A stretch of DNA of 20,734 nt from the NCBI RefSeq assembly GCF_006345805.1, contig NW_021823868.1, positions 1-20,734 of the forward strand, in the 5' to 3' direction. The notes below the pieces were generated by a model. It ran no database searches. It worked only from the letters and a program-made list of their open reading frames with translations, and was not told where the DNA came from. The position numbers were made by a program, and so were the translations under genes. Positions 9,612 through 20,230 of the stretch are shown piece after piece. The DNA comes from Octopus sinensis (lineage: Eukaryota). Position 1 is the first letter of the stretch. Each line of letters begins with the position of its first letter.

Positions 9612-9813
9612 TAATCATATTTTTATCGCGTGCTTTCTCTGCACTGCCGAGTGCAGCTCTGTGTACCTTGGGTATGTGCTGTGGTTTGTTGTGGTCCTGT
9701 TATTTTCACTGTATTCAAAGTGCTTTACGTTCGACATGTGCGGTGCCTAGTAGTGCTATTTTCTGTATGTGATATATACATGTATGTGTTTTTCTTATAT
9801 ATTTATCTAAATG

Positions 9814-9817
<4 letters not shown>
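9609..9817 (-). mobile_element. 3' end of an R4/Dong-like (restriction-like endonuclease) non-LTR retrotransposon
   Basis: The minus strand translates KHLDKYIRKTHTCIYHIQKIALLGTAHVERKAL*IQ* (stops at 9717-9715 and 9708-9706). IQKIALLGTAH..RK.L is the R4/Dong C-terminal signature. A 3' UTR of about 95 nt runs into (TAA)n. Confidence 0.8.
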
Positions 9818-9848
<31 letters not shown>

Positions 9849-10089
9849 TATTATATTATTATTATTATTATTATTATTATTACACTACTATACTATTATT
9901 ATTATATATATATTATTATGATTATTATTATTATTATTATTATATATTATTATTATTACTACTACTATTACTATTATTATTATTATTATTATATTATTAT
10001 TATTATTATTATTATTACTACTATTATATATTATATTAATTATTATTATTATATTATTATTATTTATTATTATTATTAATACTATTATA

Positions 10090-10122
<33 letters not shown>

Positions 10123-10151
10123 TACTATTAATATTATTATTATTATCATTA

Positions 10152-10185
<34 letters not shown>
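9818..10185. repeat. Degenerate (TTA)n/(CTA)n microsatellite
   Basis: Directly visible. Confidence 0.95.
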
Positions 10186-10186
<1 letters not shown>

Positions 10187-10242
10187 GGTAGCCTTATTTT
10201 TATCACGTGCTTCCACTGCACCACCCAACGCCACTCTGTGTA
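10186..10242 (-). mobile_element. Second, shorter R4/Dong-like 3' UTR terminus
   Basis: CGGTAGCCTTATTTTTATCACGTGCTTCCACTGCACCACCCAACGCCACTCTGTGTA aligns to 9609-9665 in the same orientation and also abuts (TTA)n. Confidence 0.65.
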
Positions 10243-10554
10243 TTATTAGAATCATCATCATCATCATCATCATCGTTTTAATGATACTAACAATGTTTAA
10301 TAGTCATAGCTATTTTGTTTATTTGGCGCGATAAGAACATCGCTTGGAATACATAACAAAAACGAAATTCTGACGGTGGTGGTGTTGGTGGCCATTTTGT
10401 CTTCGAAATGTTATTCTATTTGTCGTCCCCATGTCAAATAATGTGATTATTGTTACTGTTATTATTGTTGATGGTCCTGGCTGGGTTGGGTGGAGTTAGC
10501 GATAGCGGTAGCCTTATTTACGCTGTTATGGTTTGCGTTGTTGTTTAGAAAGAT

Positions 10555-10668
10555 TCCAACATATATACATTATACATATATATATATATATATATCTATA
10601 TATCTTATATATATATAAAATGCATACATATATATATAAAATATATATATCATTAATATATAATATTA

Positions 10669-10716
<48 letters not shown>

Positions 10717-10790
10717 AGAGAGAGAGAGACCGATAGAGATATAGAGAGAGATAGATATAGATATATGTATATATATATAAAAAGAATATT
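10555..10790. repeat. (TA)n/(GA)n compound microsatellite
   Basis: Directly visible. Confidence 0.9.
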
Positions 10791-11214
10791 TAACGATACA
10801 TAAAAAATGAAATCAATGTGTAAAAGAGAAGACTACGTCTATGAGATAATAAAAATAATAGAAAACACAAAATAGATGTTAAAGAAGGAAGGTCGCTTAA
10901 GAGAAAGAGGATGGTTAGAGGAAGAGAAAAAAAGAATAAGGAAAACAGATGACTAGATAAACAATGAAACAATCAAGCACAATGGAATAAATATTATAGG
11001 AAGACATCAAACAATTGGTTTTCGGTATCAAACGGGAATTGAATGAATGGGAAGAGAATAAAGGAAAACTAACAAGAAGTAGACTTTAATAAGGAAGGCG
11101 GGATGCAGAGGCGGGTGGTGGTAGTTCGTCTGTTTATTTGCGGGGGAAAGGAGAAATTTGTTTGTTTTGTATGGGGGGATTTTTTTTCTTTCTCTTTTCC
11201 ATAAATAAACACAT

Positions 11215-11249
11215 GTATGTACGTACTTACGTATGCATGTATGTATGTA

Positions 11250-11313
<64 letters not shown>

Positions 11314-11330
11314 TGTGTGCGTGTGCGAAC
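11215..11330. repeat. (TATG)n-(TG)n microsatellite
   Basis: Perfect (TG)n of about 50 nt. Confidence 0.95.
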
Positions 11331-11627
11331 GTTTGTGTGGTCTGAAGCTGAAGCATCTTGAATTGAAAAGAGTTTCACGTTAGCGATTATTCAGACAACT
11401 GGAAAATGAAGCAGCGTGATTTATATATGAGCAAAATTATTAATAAAAAACATCGAAAAAGAATTAGCAAACATTACATCTGAATTACCACATAAAAAGG
11501 CGTTAGAAAATATGTTGAGTTTCCATCTATTCAATTGTCATGTGCAGAATCCGAAAGAATCCAATTTATTCAAGCAATTAATAACATGATACGTTCATGT
11601 CCTCAATATGCACACCAGGGAATACTA

Positions 11628-11778
11628 TGTATTAATGAACAGCAATCGTTGCTTTTGTTTTACTTTATACAAGGGAGTAACATATGTTAATGAACGGCAA
11701 TAGCTCCTTTTGTTACAATTGATACAATTTATAACGTGTTAATGAACAGAAATGGCTGCTTTTGTTTCAATTTATGGA
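11628..11778 (+). repeat. Three-copy ~52-55-nt tandem repeat
   Basis: TTAATGAAC(A/G)G(C/A)AAT.G.T.CTTTTGTT starts at 11632, 11687 and 11739. Confidence 0.8.
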
Positions 11779-12413
11779 AAGCTAGTTCTTATATTGATAT
11801 GATAATCATATATTTTATCGCGATGATCATTCTTTTAGTCAATTGACAGCTGGAAGTTTCTCAGTAAACAAGGATACAGAATCGGCAAGAATTCATTCAT
11901 TCCAGTGACTTGTTGAAAATTACAAAATTCTGTATTCGAAGACTATATTTTTCCATTGTACAGAGTTTGCACTTGATGGAAACAAATTTTTCAGGATGTG
12001 CGCGCAATAATGAAAAAATCTGTTTTATAATTATTATTATTACCATTACGTTAAATTTCAGATATATTTGGTTAATCAAGTGTTGAGGTGTCAATCTGAA
12101 TATCTGTATATCTGTATACATATATACGTTGTGAGATTTCTAGTACGCTCTATAAAGCTTTAGGTTTCACTGTTATCTGCAAACAAAGTCTTAGCTGGAT
12201 AAACAGTAATGTATAGTCAGCCGTCACTTACAAGCGAGTATGGCTTGGTAGTACATAGCCGCGCACAGTGACAGACAGCCTCACACCATGAACGCTGCAT
12301 CAGCAGCACAACCGGAATGTGTCTGTTGGAGTGGGAGGGAGAGAGACAAAGAGAGACAGAGAGAGATAGAGAGGGAAAGAGAAAGAAAGAGCTGCATCAG
12401 AATCAAGCTAATA

Positions 12414-12500
12414 CTCATTCACAGCTGAGTAGACTGGAACAACGTGAAATAAAATACTCAAGAACACACTCTAGCACCGAACAATCCCTGAGTTTAACTC
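12414..12500 (-). mobile_element. Diverged fragment of SINE family C (CORE-like)
   Basis: The minus strand reads GTGTTCTTGAGTATTTTATTTCACGTTGTTCCAGTCTACTCAGCTG..AATGAGT, similar to 16183-16243 (+). Confidence 0.5.
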
Positions 12501-12535
12501 TCTAATCAGTAATGATGCATTATAGAGAGAATACC

Positions 12536-12952
12536 CATTTCTTTATTACCCACAAGGGGCTAAACATAGAAGGGACAAACAAGGACACACATAGGTATTA
12601 ATTCGATTATATCGACCCCACTGCGTAACTGGTACTTAATTTATCGACCCCGAAAGGATGAAAGGTAAAGTCGACCTCGGCGGAATTTGAACTCACAATG
12701 TAACGTCAGACGAAATACCCATTTCTTTACTACCCACAAGGGGCTAAACACAGAGAAGACAAACAAGGACAGACAAACGGATTAAGTCGATTACATCGAA
12801 CCCAGTGCTTAACTGGTACTTAATTTATCGACCCCGAAAGGATGAAAGGCAAAGTCGACCTCGGCGGAATTTGAACTCAGAACGTAACGACAGACGAAAT
12901 ACCGCTAAGCATTTCGTCCGGCGTGCTAACGTTTCTGCCAGCTCGCCGCCTT
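12536..12952 (-). mobile_element. SINE family B head plus two tandem units, flanked by a 16-bp target-site duplication
   Basis: The head GGCGGCGAGC starts at 12950 and is followed by two body+tail units. TTATAGAGAGAATACC occurs identically at 12520-12535 and 12953-12968. Confidence 0.92.
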
Positions 12953-13510
12953 TTATAGAGAGAATACCGTTTAGGAGATAAGTATAAGAGTTATTGAATT
13001 TGCGCAGAGAAAAAAACTTCTGTGCGTTGGAACTGTAAGTTTTTCATGTTTACACTGGCCATGCAAGTAGTGTACTTATTTTACTCAACTGTTATTCTCC
13101 TTTAAACTGTTTTTTTAGTAAATATCTGTGAATACCTGTGGTCCATGGGGAAATGCTCATATGATTGTTTATATGGTTTGGGGAAATCCTGGCAACGTTG
13201 GAAAGAGAATATTTGAATTAAAGGTAATACTATATCGCACATTTCCTTATTAAGTTTTGCATTTATGTATATTAGAGCGGTTCAGTGTGTAACGTGTGTT
13301 TTAATGTGGGATTAAAGTATTCTTCTCCAGAGATAATGGATATGCACTTACGAAAGTTATTAATTAACTTTTTAGTGATTATTGGTGAACAGATTAAACT
13401 TTATTAAAAATCTGCAACTTCTATTTTGGGATAATTTTAAAAATACCTAAATCTAGAGTTGTATTTCTGAAAATAAGTGTTTAGATACATGTCTGCTCTT
13501 ATAATAATTC

Positions 13511-13890
13511 TCGGAGGGCTGTGAAACGTAGTTCTTCAGGAGAATATTGAGGATAGTTTGGGCAGACAACGTGTATAATGAAGAAATGATAATCCGAACT
13601 GAGGTAAATAGGAAAACACTTCGTGAGATAAAGGACACGCAAGAGATATTTCTTGGTCATGTGATGACAAAAGAGAGCTTGGAGAGTTTAGAGACGATCG
13701 GAAAGATTGAAGGGAAAAGATGCAGATGAAGAAGAAGCAGGATACAGATATCAAGCTTGGCAAACTGGTTGGAAGAAAGAGATATTAAACATCAGGAAGT
13801 GGAACTGTTACAGAATACAAACAGAGAAGTGTGGTATAACATGATCACCTATGTCCTACATTCTGAAAAAGACACCTAGAGAAAAATAAA
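13511..13890 (+). mobile_element. 3' fragment of an RTE-clade LINE (decayed)
   Basis: One frame reads ET*FFRRILRIVWADNVYNEEMI...FLGHVMTKESLESLETIGKIEGKRCR*RR...WYNMITYV...DT* (stop at 13877-13879). This matches the RTE C-terminal pattern W.YRRMLRISW...GHVMR...GKIEGKR.RGR. Confidence 0.85.
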
Positions 13891-14104
13891 TATAATCTAT
13901 TATTAAAATCTATTGTAATATTAAATCTAAGTCTTCCTTACAGCATGCAACAATATGGAGATTAATATTTCATCAAAAACCTTGTCGATCTCTAAAATGT
14001 AAAAACCCATTATTTCCAAAATCTCAATTCAGTCGTTCAGTCCCATTGTTACAAAAAGCAGTTCCCCGTAACTACCGAAAATTAACAACCATTTTCTATT
14101 TAAT

Positions 14105-14256
14105 AACGTTCTGAGTTCAAATTTCGCCGAGGTCGACTTTGCTTTTCAACGTTTCGGGATCGATAAATTAAGTACCAGTTGCGTACTGGAGTCGATCTAA
14201 TCAACTAGCGCCCTCTCCCAAAATTTCAGGCCTTGTGCTTAGAATAGAAAAGAATA
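14105..14256 (+). mobile_element. SINE family B body with alternative tail (tail B), 5'-truncated
   Basis: The family B core is followed by CCCTCTCCCAAAATTTCAGGCCTTGTGCTTAGAATAGAAAAG in place of tail A. Confidence 0.8.
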
Positions 14257-14280
14257 TAAATATTTCAATTAATATTGAAA

Positions 14281-14412
14281 TTTGTCCTTCATCCTTTCAG
14301 GATCGATTAAATAAGTACCAGTTATGCACTGGAGTCGATGTAATCAACTTAATCCCTTTGTCTGTCCTTGTCTGTCCCTTCTGTGTTTAACCCCTGTGGA
14401 CAATAAAAAAAA
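14281..14412 (+). mobile_element. SINE family B 3' half with tail A
   Basis: CTTCATCCTTTCAGGATCGATTAAATAAGTACCAG...TGTCTGTCCTTG...CCCCTGTGGACAATAAA aligns to the units at 4589-5128. Confidence 0.8.
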
Positions 14413-14604
14413 GTAACAGAAAAGCTATAACTTTTACTGACCCTATTTCCTTTTTCTTTGCTTTTCTTTTTGGTGGTGGGGGGGGGGAATTTAATCTAAT
14501 GGATTTCATCCCATTTACACTATGAATTATCTTCTAACACAGAAACATGAAACACGTCTCTGCTGTAAGAACACGGTCGCTCGCCCCTGACTATATAGAA
14601 TTGA

Positions 14605-14862
14605 CTATACATACATATGAATATATATACATGCATATATATATATCATACATAGTATATATAATATATATACACATATATATTATATGTATATATAATA
14701 ATATATGCATATATATTATAATATATTATGCATATAGATATATAATATATATATATATATATAATATAGATATATATACATAATATATATATATGCATAT
14801 ACATATAATAATATATGATCTATATAACATATATAGATATATATAGATATATAATATAATAT
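14605..14862. repeat. AT-rich degenerate (TA)n tract
   Basis: Directly visible. Confidence 0.9.
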
Positions 14863-15686
14863 ATGGTTTTTACGTAATAGAAATCGTTCATATTTTTCAC
14901 CCATTAGATAGATATTTCATTTCTTTCTAAATTAATAGCTTGGTAATTGTGAGATTTCCACATGAATGCTGCGCTCCGTAAGTGTATTGATTTTCAATTC
15001 TCAACTGATTTCCAATAAATATGTGTGTGTGTGTGTGCGTGCGTGCGTGTGTGTGTGCGTGTATGCGCATGCATATACATACATCTGTACGTACACGACA
15101 CTGAGTCAGAGATTAACGTATTTTCTATTTGCATTCCATTTTGACTCACTCTTGTATACATCCAAGCTAAGTCACAAACTAATGTACATAAAAATTGCTT
15201 TACTAACTTAACCTCGTATAAATGTATGTGTGTATGTGTGTTTGTATGTGTATCTGTGTGTATAAAACCACCTAGAGTAATATTACACATAAAAACCGCC
15301 GATACTATTAAAGTACAAAGTACATGGAACATTAAAGTGAAGTACCATTATTCATAATTTGAACATATGCTCAGCAATCTTTGTCTCACCATAAGTGGAT
15401 AATTTATTGGTTAATAATAATTAACGTTATTAACTTCACTTATCGACACATCACAAGATCAAGATTTTTAATAGTGTCTTCTTTTTCTTTTTTTACTGTT
15501 TTGTTTCGCTCTTTTTTTTTCTTTTTAAACTGCCAATATCTTTTAATGCATGGATATTTGAAGTGAAAATTTTGAATTATTATTCAGCTATGAAATGTTC
15601 ACTTGTTATGCGTATAGTTAAACCATTGACACGCACATGCACACATACTTATATTCATGCATATACAAACACATAAGCGTGTAGAT

Positions 15687-15719
<33 letters not shown>

Positions 15720-15721
15720 CA

Positions 15722-15969
15722 GGTGCAGGCATGGCTGTGTGGTAAGAAGGTTGCTTACCAACCACATGGTTCCGGTTTCAGTCCCACTGCGTGGCACCAT
15801 GGGTAAGTGTCTTCTACTATAGCCTCGGGCCGACCAAATCCTTGTGAGTGGAATTAGTAGGCAGAAACTGAAAGAATCTCGTTGTACATATATATGTATA
15901 TATATGTGTGTGTGTATATGTATGTATGTTTGTGTGTTTGTATTCGTCCCTCACCATCGCTTGATGACC
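15722..15969 (+). mobile_element. SINE family A copy, 3'-truncated
   Basis: Collinear homology with 1608-1866 over the head, CORE-like segment and internal microsatellite. Confidence 0.85.
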
Positions 15970-16129
15970 CCTTAAGGTTAGGCACATTTAGGCTACTTCA
16001 CGATATATATATATATATATATATATGTCTGTATATATACGTGAATGTCACAGACCAAGCGCGACAACGTATGTACAGAATCATATTAGTATGCAGGCAT
16101 CTATCTATATGTGTGTGTGTAGGTGTATT

Positions 16130-16352
16130 GTACCGATATCGTAAGATTGTTGTTTCGATCGCCGGACCGAGTAGTATATAATATTCTTGAGCAAAACACT
16201 TCATTTCCTCATGCTCAAGTGTACTTAGTTAGCAAAATGAGTAATCCTGGAACGGACCGTCGCATCGTTCAGAGGTGGGGGAAATTTATACGCTATGGGC
16301 TTTGGAAAACTGGTTGTATAAGATTATGGCTCCGGAAGGACCTTTAGTCCTT
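16130..16352 (+). mobile_element. Diverged SINE family C (CORE-like plus V-domain-like segment)
   Basis: B-box-like GTTTCGATC at about 16152, CORE-like TTCTTGAGCAAAACACTTCATTTC, then ACGGACCGTCGCATCGTTCAG resembling the V-SINE ATGGACTGGCGTCCCGTCCAG. The domain naming is inference. Confidence 0.55.
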
Positions 16353-16416
16353 CTTGGTTTTCATACACGCTTATATTATAGGATGGGCACATTAGAAAAA
16401 ATACAAAGCAAAAAAC

Positions 16417-16497
16417 TCGCTTAAGGTGTCACACACTGGTATTAAACCGTGAGCTACACGCTTTTAAAGTAAACTTCTTCACGAAGCAAACACTACT
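16417..16497 (-). mobile_element. Highly diverged family A head fragment
   Basis: CTCGCTTAAGGTGTCACACACTGGTATTAAACC resembles the reverse complement of the family A head (CTTGCCCAAGGTGCCACGCAGTGGGACTGAACC). Confidence 0.35.
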
Positions 16498-16502
16498 GAA
16501 CT

Positions 16503-16805
16503 ACACACACAAGCACACACACACATACACACAACGTATACACCCATATACACACGTTTGTGTGTGGATGTGTTTTTGTGGCTCTATATGTATGTGTGTG
16601 CGAATGTAATAAAATAGCATGATGGAAATCAAATTCAATGAATGAAGATTTGGTAGATATAAATGCAGAAAAGAGACTGACACAATGGAAACACTCTCAC
16701 ACACACAGATGCACACACGCATGCACACACACACGCACACACACACATACACACACACATACAACCACACACACATATGCACGCACACACACACACGCAC
16801 ACATA
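16503..16805. repeat. (CA)n-rich simple repeat region
   Basis: Directly visible runs at 16503-16560 and 16690-16805. Confidence 0.85.
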
Positions 16806-16904
16806 TAAAACACTTGATATATTACAGTAGTCTGTACTAGCCACAGCATACTGCAATGGGTTTATAATCTTTCGTCTCTCGCCACAAACATATCTTAACT
16901 ATAG

Positions 16905-17160
16905 CTGTACATGCAAGATAGAGTTTTTAAACGTTGGCTACATGGACGCCATTGCATATATCGGAATTTTATTGATAAATCACGTGAATGTTAAGACTCG
17001 GACTTCAACATGTCAGCAATAAGCATATTGTAATTGTAAATTTTACATCGGGACGACAAAGATTCGATGTTTGAGCAGTTTGGCAAATATCATTATCTTT
17101 CCAATGCATTAGATAAATCCAAATTTTGGATGTCGTCTGCAAAATAAATGTATTATATTA
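16905..17160 (-). pseudogene. Possible ancient CR1/L2-like RT remnant
   Basis: The minus strand reads YFADDIQNLDLSNALER**...KIYNYN...SRDLSI, loosely like LFADD...RDLGV. Weak and stop-riddled. Confidence 0.3.
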
Positions 17161-17427
17161 TATCGACCAGATAAATTCTGCATTTAAAGGCAGACTTAAT
17201 GGACGTCTGTTATAAAATGTCAACGAAAAAGATAATGTCTGCAACGAGTGAGTAAAACGTATACAGTGTATTGATATATAGATAGACAAACTGTAACTAT
17301 TGCTGCTGCTGTTGTAGTTGTTAGGAGACCAATATTTAAAGAAGTTCTACCATTGACCATCTGCTTTCCTTTTAGTTTTATGTGTTTCTTCGTTGTTTTT
17401 TTTTCTATGTCTGCAGAAAACATGCCG

Positions 17428-17745
17428 TTTTACTCATTTACTTGTTTCAGTCATTGAAATAGGGCTCTGCTGGAGCACAACTATATAGGGTTTCGTAAAA
17501 CAACTCGAACGCAACATTTTTTTAAAAACCTTATTATTTATTCTACGAATCTCTTTAGCCAAACTGCTCAGTCACGAGGACGTAAACAAAACAACACCAA
17601 TTCGCAAGTGGTGGGAGGTAAAATACAAAGGCACATATACATGCATATCTAAGACAGGCTTCCACACAATTTCCTTTCATGAAACTGACTCATATGTCAT
17701 TGGTCTGTCATGGGCTCTTGTAGATGCTTTCCCAGCCACTTATAC
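17428..17745 (-). mobile_element. Old, diverged SINE family A copy including the 3' tail
   Basis: 17540-17590 matches the reverse complement of 1826-1866, and 17655-17720 matches the reverse complement of the 1700-1766 segment. The minus-strand tail reads GTGCTCCAGCAGAG...AATGACTGAAACAAGTAAATGAGTAAAA. Confidence 0.65.
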
Positions 17746-18479
17746 GTACCACGTAAGTGTCTTCGTAGTTTGTTGATCAAATTTCAGCTCTTTACACGAG
17801 TTTAATTTTGTTTAGAAAACCATTTCGTTATTCAATTTCTTCCTTTAGAGACTCGTTCGTATATAGCCACTTTTCTCCACATTTCACATATATATTCGAT
17901 ACCGAGATAGACAAGCTAAAAAACATCTTCGTCTTTCTCTGCTCTCCATTGAAGAGCAAAAGTACAAAACGTCGATCTCTCTTTTCTTCACGACAATTCT
18001 GTCTATCGCTTTTCTAGCGAAATTTGGTAAGTTTAAACTTGATTCTGGACATGCGTTTATCTAGACTTAGATAAAGGCTAATTAATAAATGTTGACTAGG
18101 TAGACACGTTTGATGTTTACACACCCTGGCACTCTAGATAATTCAAGAAGTAGAAATAGTGTTAGTATAAATAATGTCTAGACAAATTAAATATGGAGTA
18201 TGTTGACCAAATAAACAACGTAAGTGTATATTGACTGTGGTGCACCGGATGGAAATGTTGACAGGATATGAACAGGTTTAATTGGATAAATACAGACGAT
18301 AGGAGATGATGATTAGATAAAACAAAAGCGTGGCTATAGACTCACTCACACATACGCACACGTACAAACACACATACACACTCACGCGCACACACGGACA
18401 CAAACACTCATACACACATATATGCATGTGTGTGCGTGCGCATGTGCATGTGGGTGTATCAACGTACGTATCTGCTGTA

Positions 18480-18486
18480 TGCATAT

Positions 18487-18550
<64 letters not shown>

Positions 18551-18645
18551 AGAGAGATTGATAATAGATAGATACATGCATATATACATACATATATATA
18601 TATCCATAAGTATATATAGTTATGCAGTTTATAGTATATATATAT

Positions 18646-18695
<50 letters not shown>

Positions 18696-18712
18696 TAGAT
18701 AGATAGATAGAT

Positions 18713-18744
<32 letters not shown>

Positions 18745-18857
18745 TAGATACATACATACATACATAGACAGATAGATAGATACATATATATAATGCATAT
18801 ACATATACATATATAAAACATATAAGTAATATATATACATATATATACATACATACA

Positions 18858-18910
<53 letters not shown>

Positions 18911-18960
18911 GTGTATGTGTGTGTATGTATGTATGCATATGTATACGCAGTTGTATGCTT
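18480..18960. repeat. Large compound microsatellite (TA)n-(GA)n-(TAGA)n-(TACA)n-(TG)n
   Basis: Directly visible. Confidence 0.95.
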
Positions 18961-19440
18961 GCGTATATAACAATATCTACGTATGTATGCGTGTGCGAAT
19001 GTGCTCGCGCACGTGCTGTATAGATAAATATAGGGTATAGATATTTCATTGATAGTCACAACTTATTAATGTCGACAGACGTTTTCCTATAGATTTTGAC
19101 CAGACCAGATCGACACAAGCCATTTATTCAATTAAGTGAGTGTAAGTGTGAAGAGATTGGCATCACGTAGAACCAACCTCCTGTCCAATTCTCAAATACC
19201 GTTTTATTTATTTATTTATATATTTATTTAGTTATTTATCTATTTACTAATCTATTTACTTATTTAGATTTTTAGATATTGCTGAAGTGATTCGCTATAT
19301 GTAGCTTTGACAACTTGATTATAACTTCCAAATAATGTTGAGACAGAAATATCGAAAGAAGTTCGAGACAGCGAAACATATTTTACCTTAACTAAGCGTC
19401 CATATGTTGCTTCTTCTTATTATTATTCATAATTTAATAA

Positions 19441-19503
19441 GTTCCAATCCCATCGAAGTCAGCTTAGCCTTTCATTCCTTTGGGATCGATAATATAAGAT
19501 ACC
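19441..19503 (+). mobile_element. Old family B core fragment
   Basis: GTTCCAATCCCATCGAAGTCAGCTTAGCCTTTCATTCCTTTGGGATCGATAATATAAGATACC aligns to the core. Confidence 0.55.
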
Positions 19504-19544
19504 ACTCAACGACAGCTATATCAGTGAACAGTACGCTATCGAAA

Positions 19545-20230
19545 GACACTGCAGACATGTGATTACTTACAGCAATAATTGTTGACCCCGGACAGGCGTG
19601 TTATTATTGCAAAGCAAGAACCGTAGACCTTTGTCGCACACGTTAATACTGCGCAGTAATGACTTCAGATGTGTTATTTCTATACAGCAATCCTTTCTAC
19701 TATAGGCAAAAGGACTGAAATTTGGTGGAGAGAAGACTAGTCGATTACATCGACCCCCAGTGTTTCACTGGTACTTAATTTATCGATCCCGAAAGGATGA
19801 GAGGCAAAGTTAACCTCGGCGGAATTTAAACTCAGAACGTAGCAGCAGACGAAATACCACTAAGCATTTCGCCCGGCGTACTAACGTTTCTTATTTCTTT
19901 ATTGCCCACAAGGGGCTACACATAAAGGAGACAAACAAGGACAGACAAACGGATTAAGTCGATTATATCGACCCCAGTGCGTAACTGGTACTTACCGCAA
20001 AGCATTTCGCCCGGCGTGCTAACGTTTCTGCCAGCTCACCGCCTTATAACTGTGCCGTAATAACTGTAGGCTATGGGCAAATATATTACTTATGTACAGT
20101 AATAACGTTAGACCTTTGCCACACACGTAATACTGCACAGTAGTAACTGTAGACCATAGATTTGTTATTACTGCTCAGTAATAACTGCAGACTATGGACT
20201 GACATAATTTCTGTACAGTAATAACTGAGG
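19545..20230 (+). repeat. Degenerate minisatellite (..TACTGCACAGTAATAACTGCAGAC..) interrupted by a SINE composite
   Basis: AGACCTTTG.C.CACACG(T)TAATACTGC.CAGTA.T.ACT..AGA at 19625-19669 and 20110-20153, with further CAGTAATAACTG motifs to the right. Confidence 0.6.
19690..20043 (-). mobile_element. Composite SINE family B: head, partial tail-A unit, duplicated head segment, body, tail B
   Basis: A 36-nt head segment is duplicated at 19856-19891 and 19994-20029 (33/36 identical) around a tail-A piece at 19892-19993. Tail B lies at 19690-19740. Confidence 0.85.

Noticed and set aside
9382-10079. Poly-Leu/Tyr/Ile ORFs
   Set aside because: They are translations of (TTA)n.
10506-10519. CGGTAGCCTTATTT identical to the Dong-like terminus at 10186
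   Set aside because: The match is 14 nt with no extension and no (TAA)n flank; it may be a third remnant but is unsupported.
14262-14281. 8-bp inverted repeat ATTTCAAT-TAAT-ATTGAAAT between two SINEs
   Set aside because: It is short and almost all A/T, as expected by chance here.
18040-18270. Recurrent TCTAGA and GTTGAC hexamers
   Set aside because: There is no consistent period or alignable unit.
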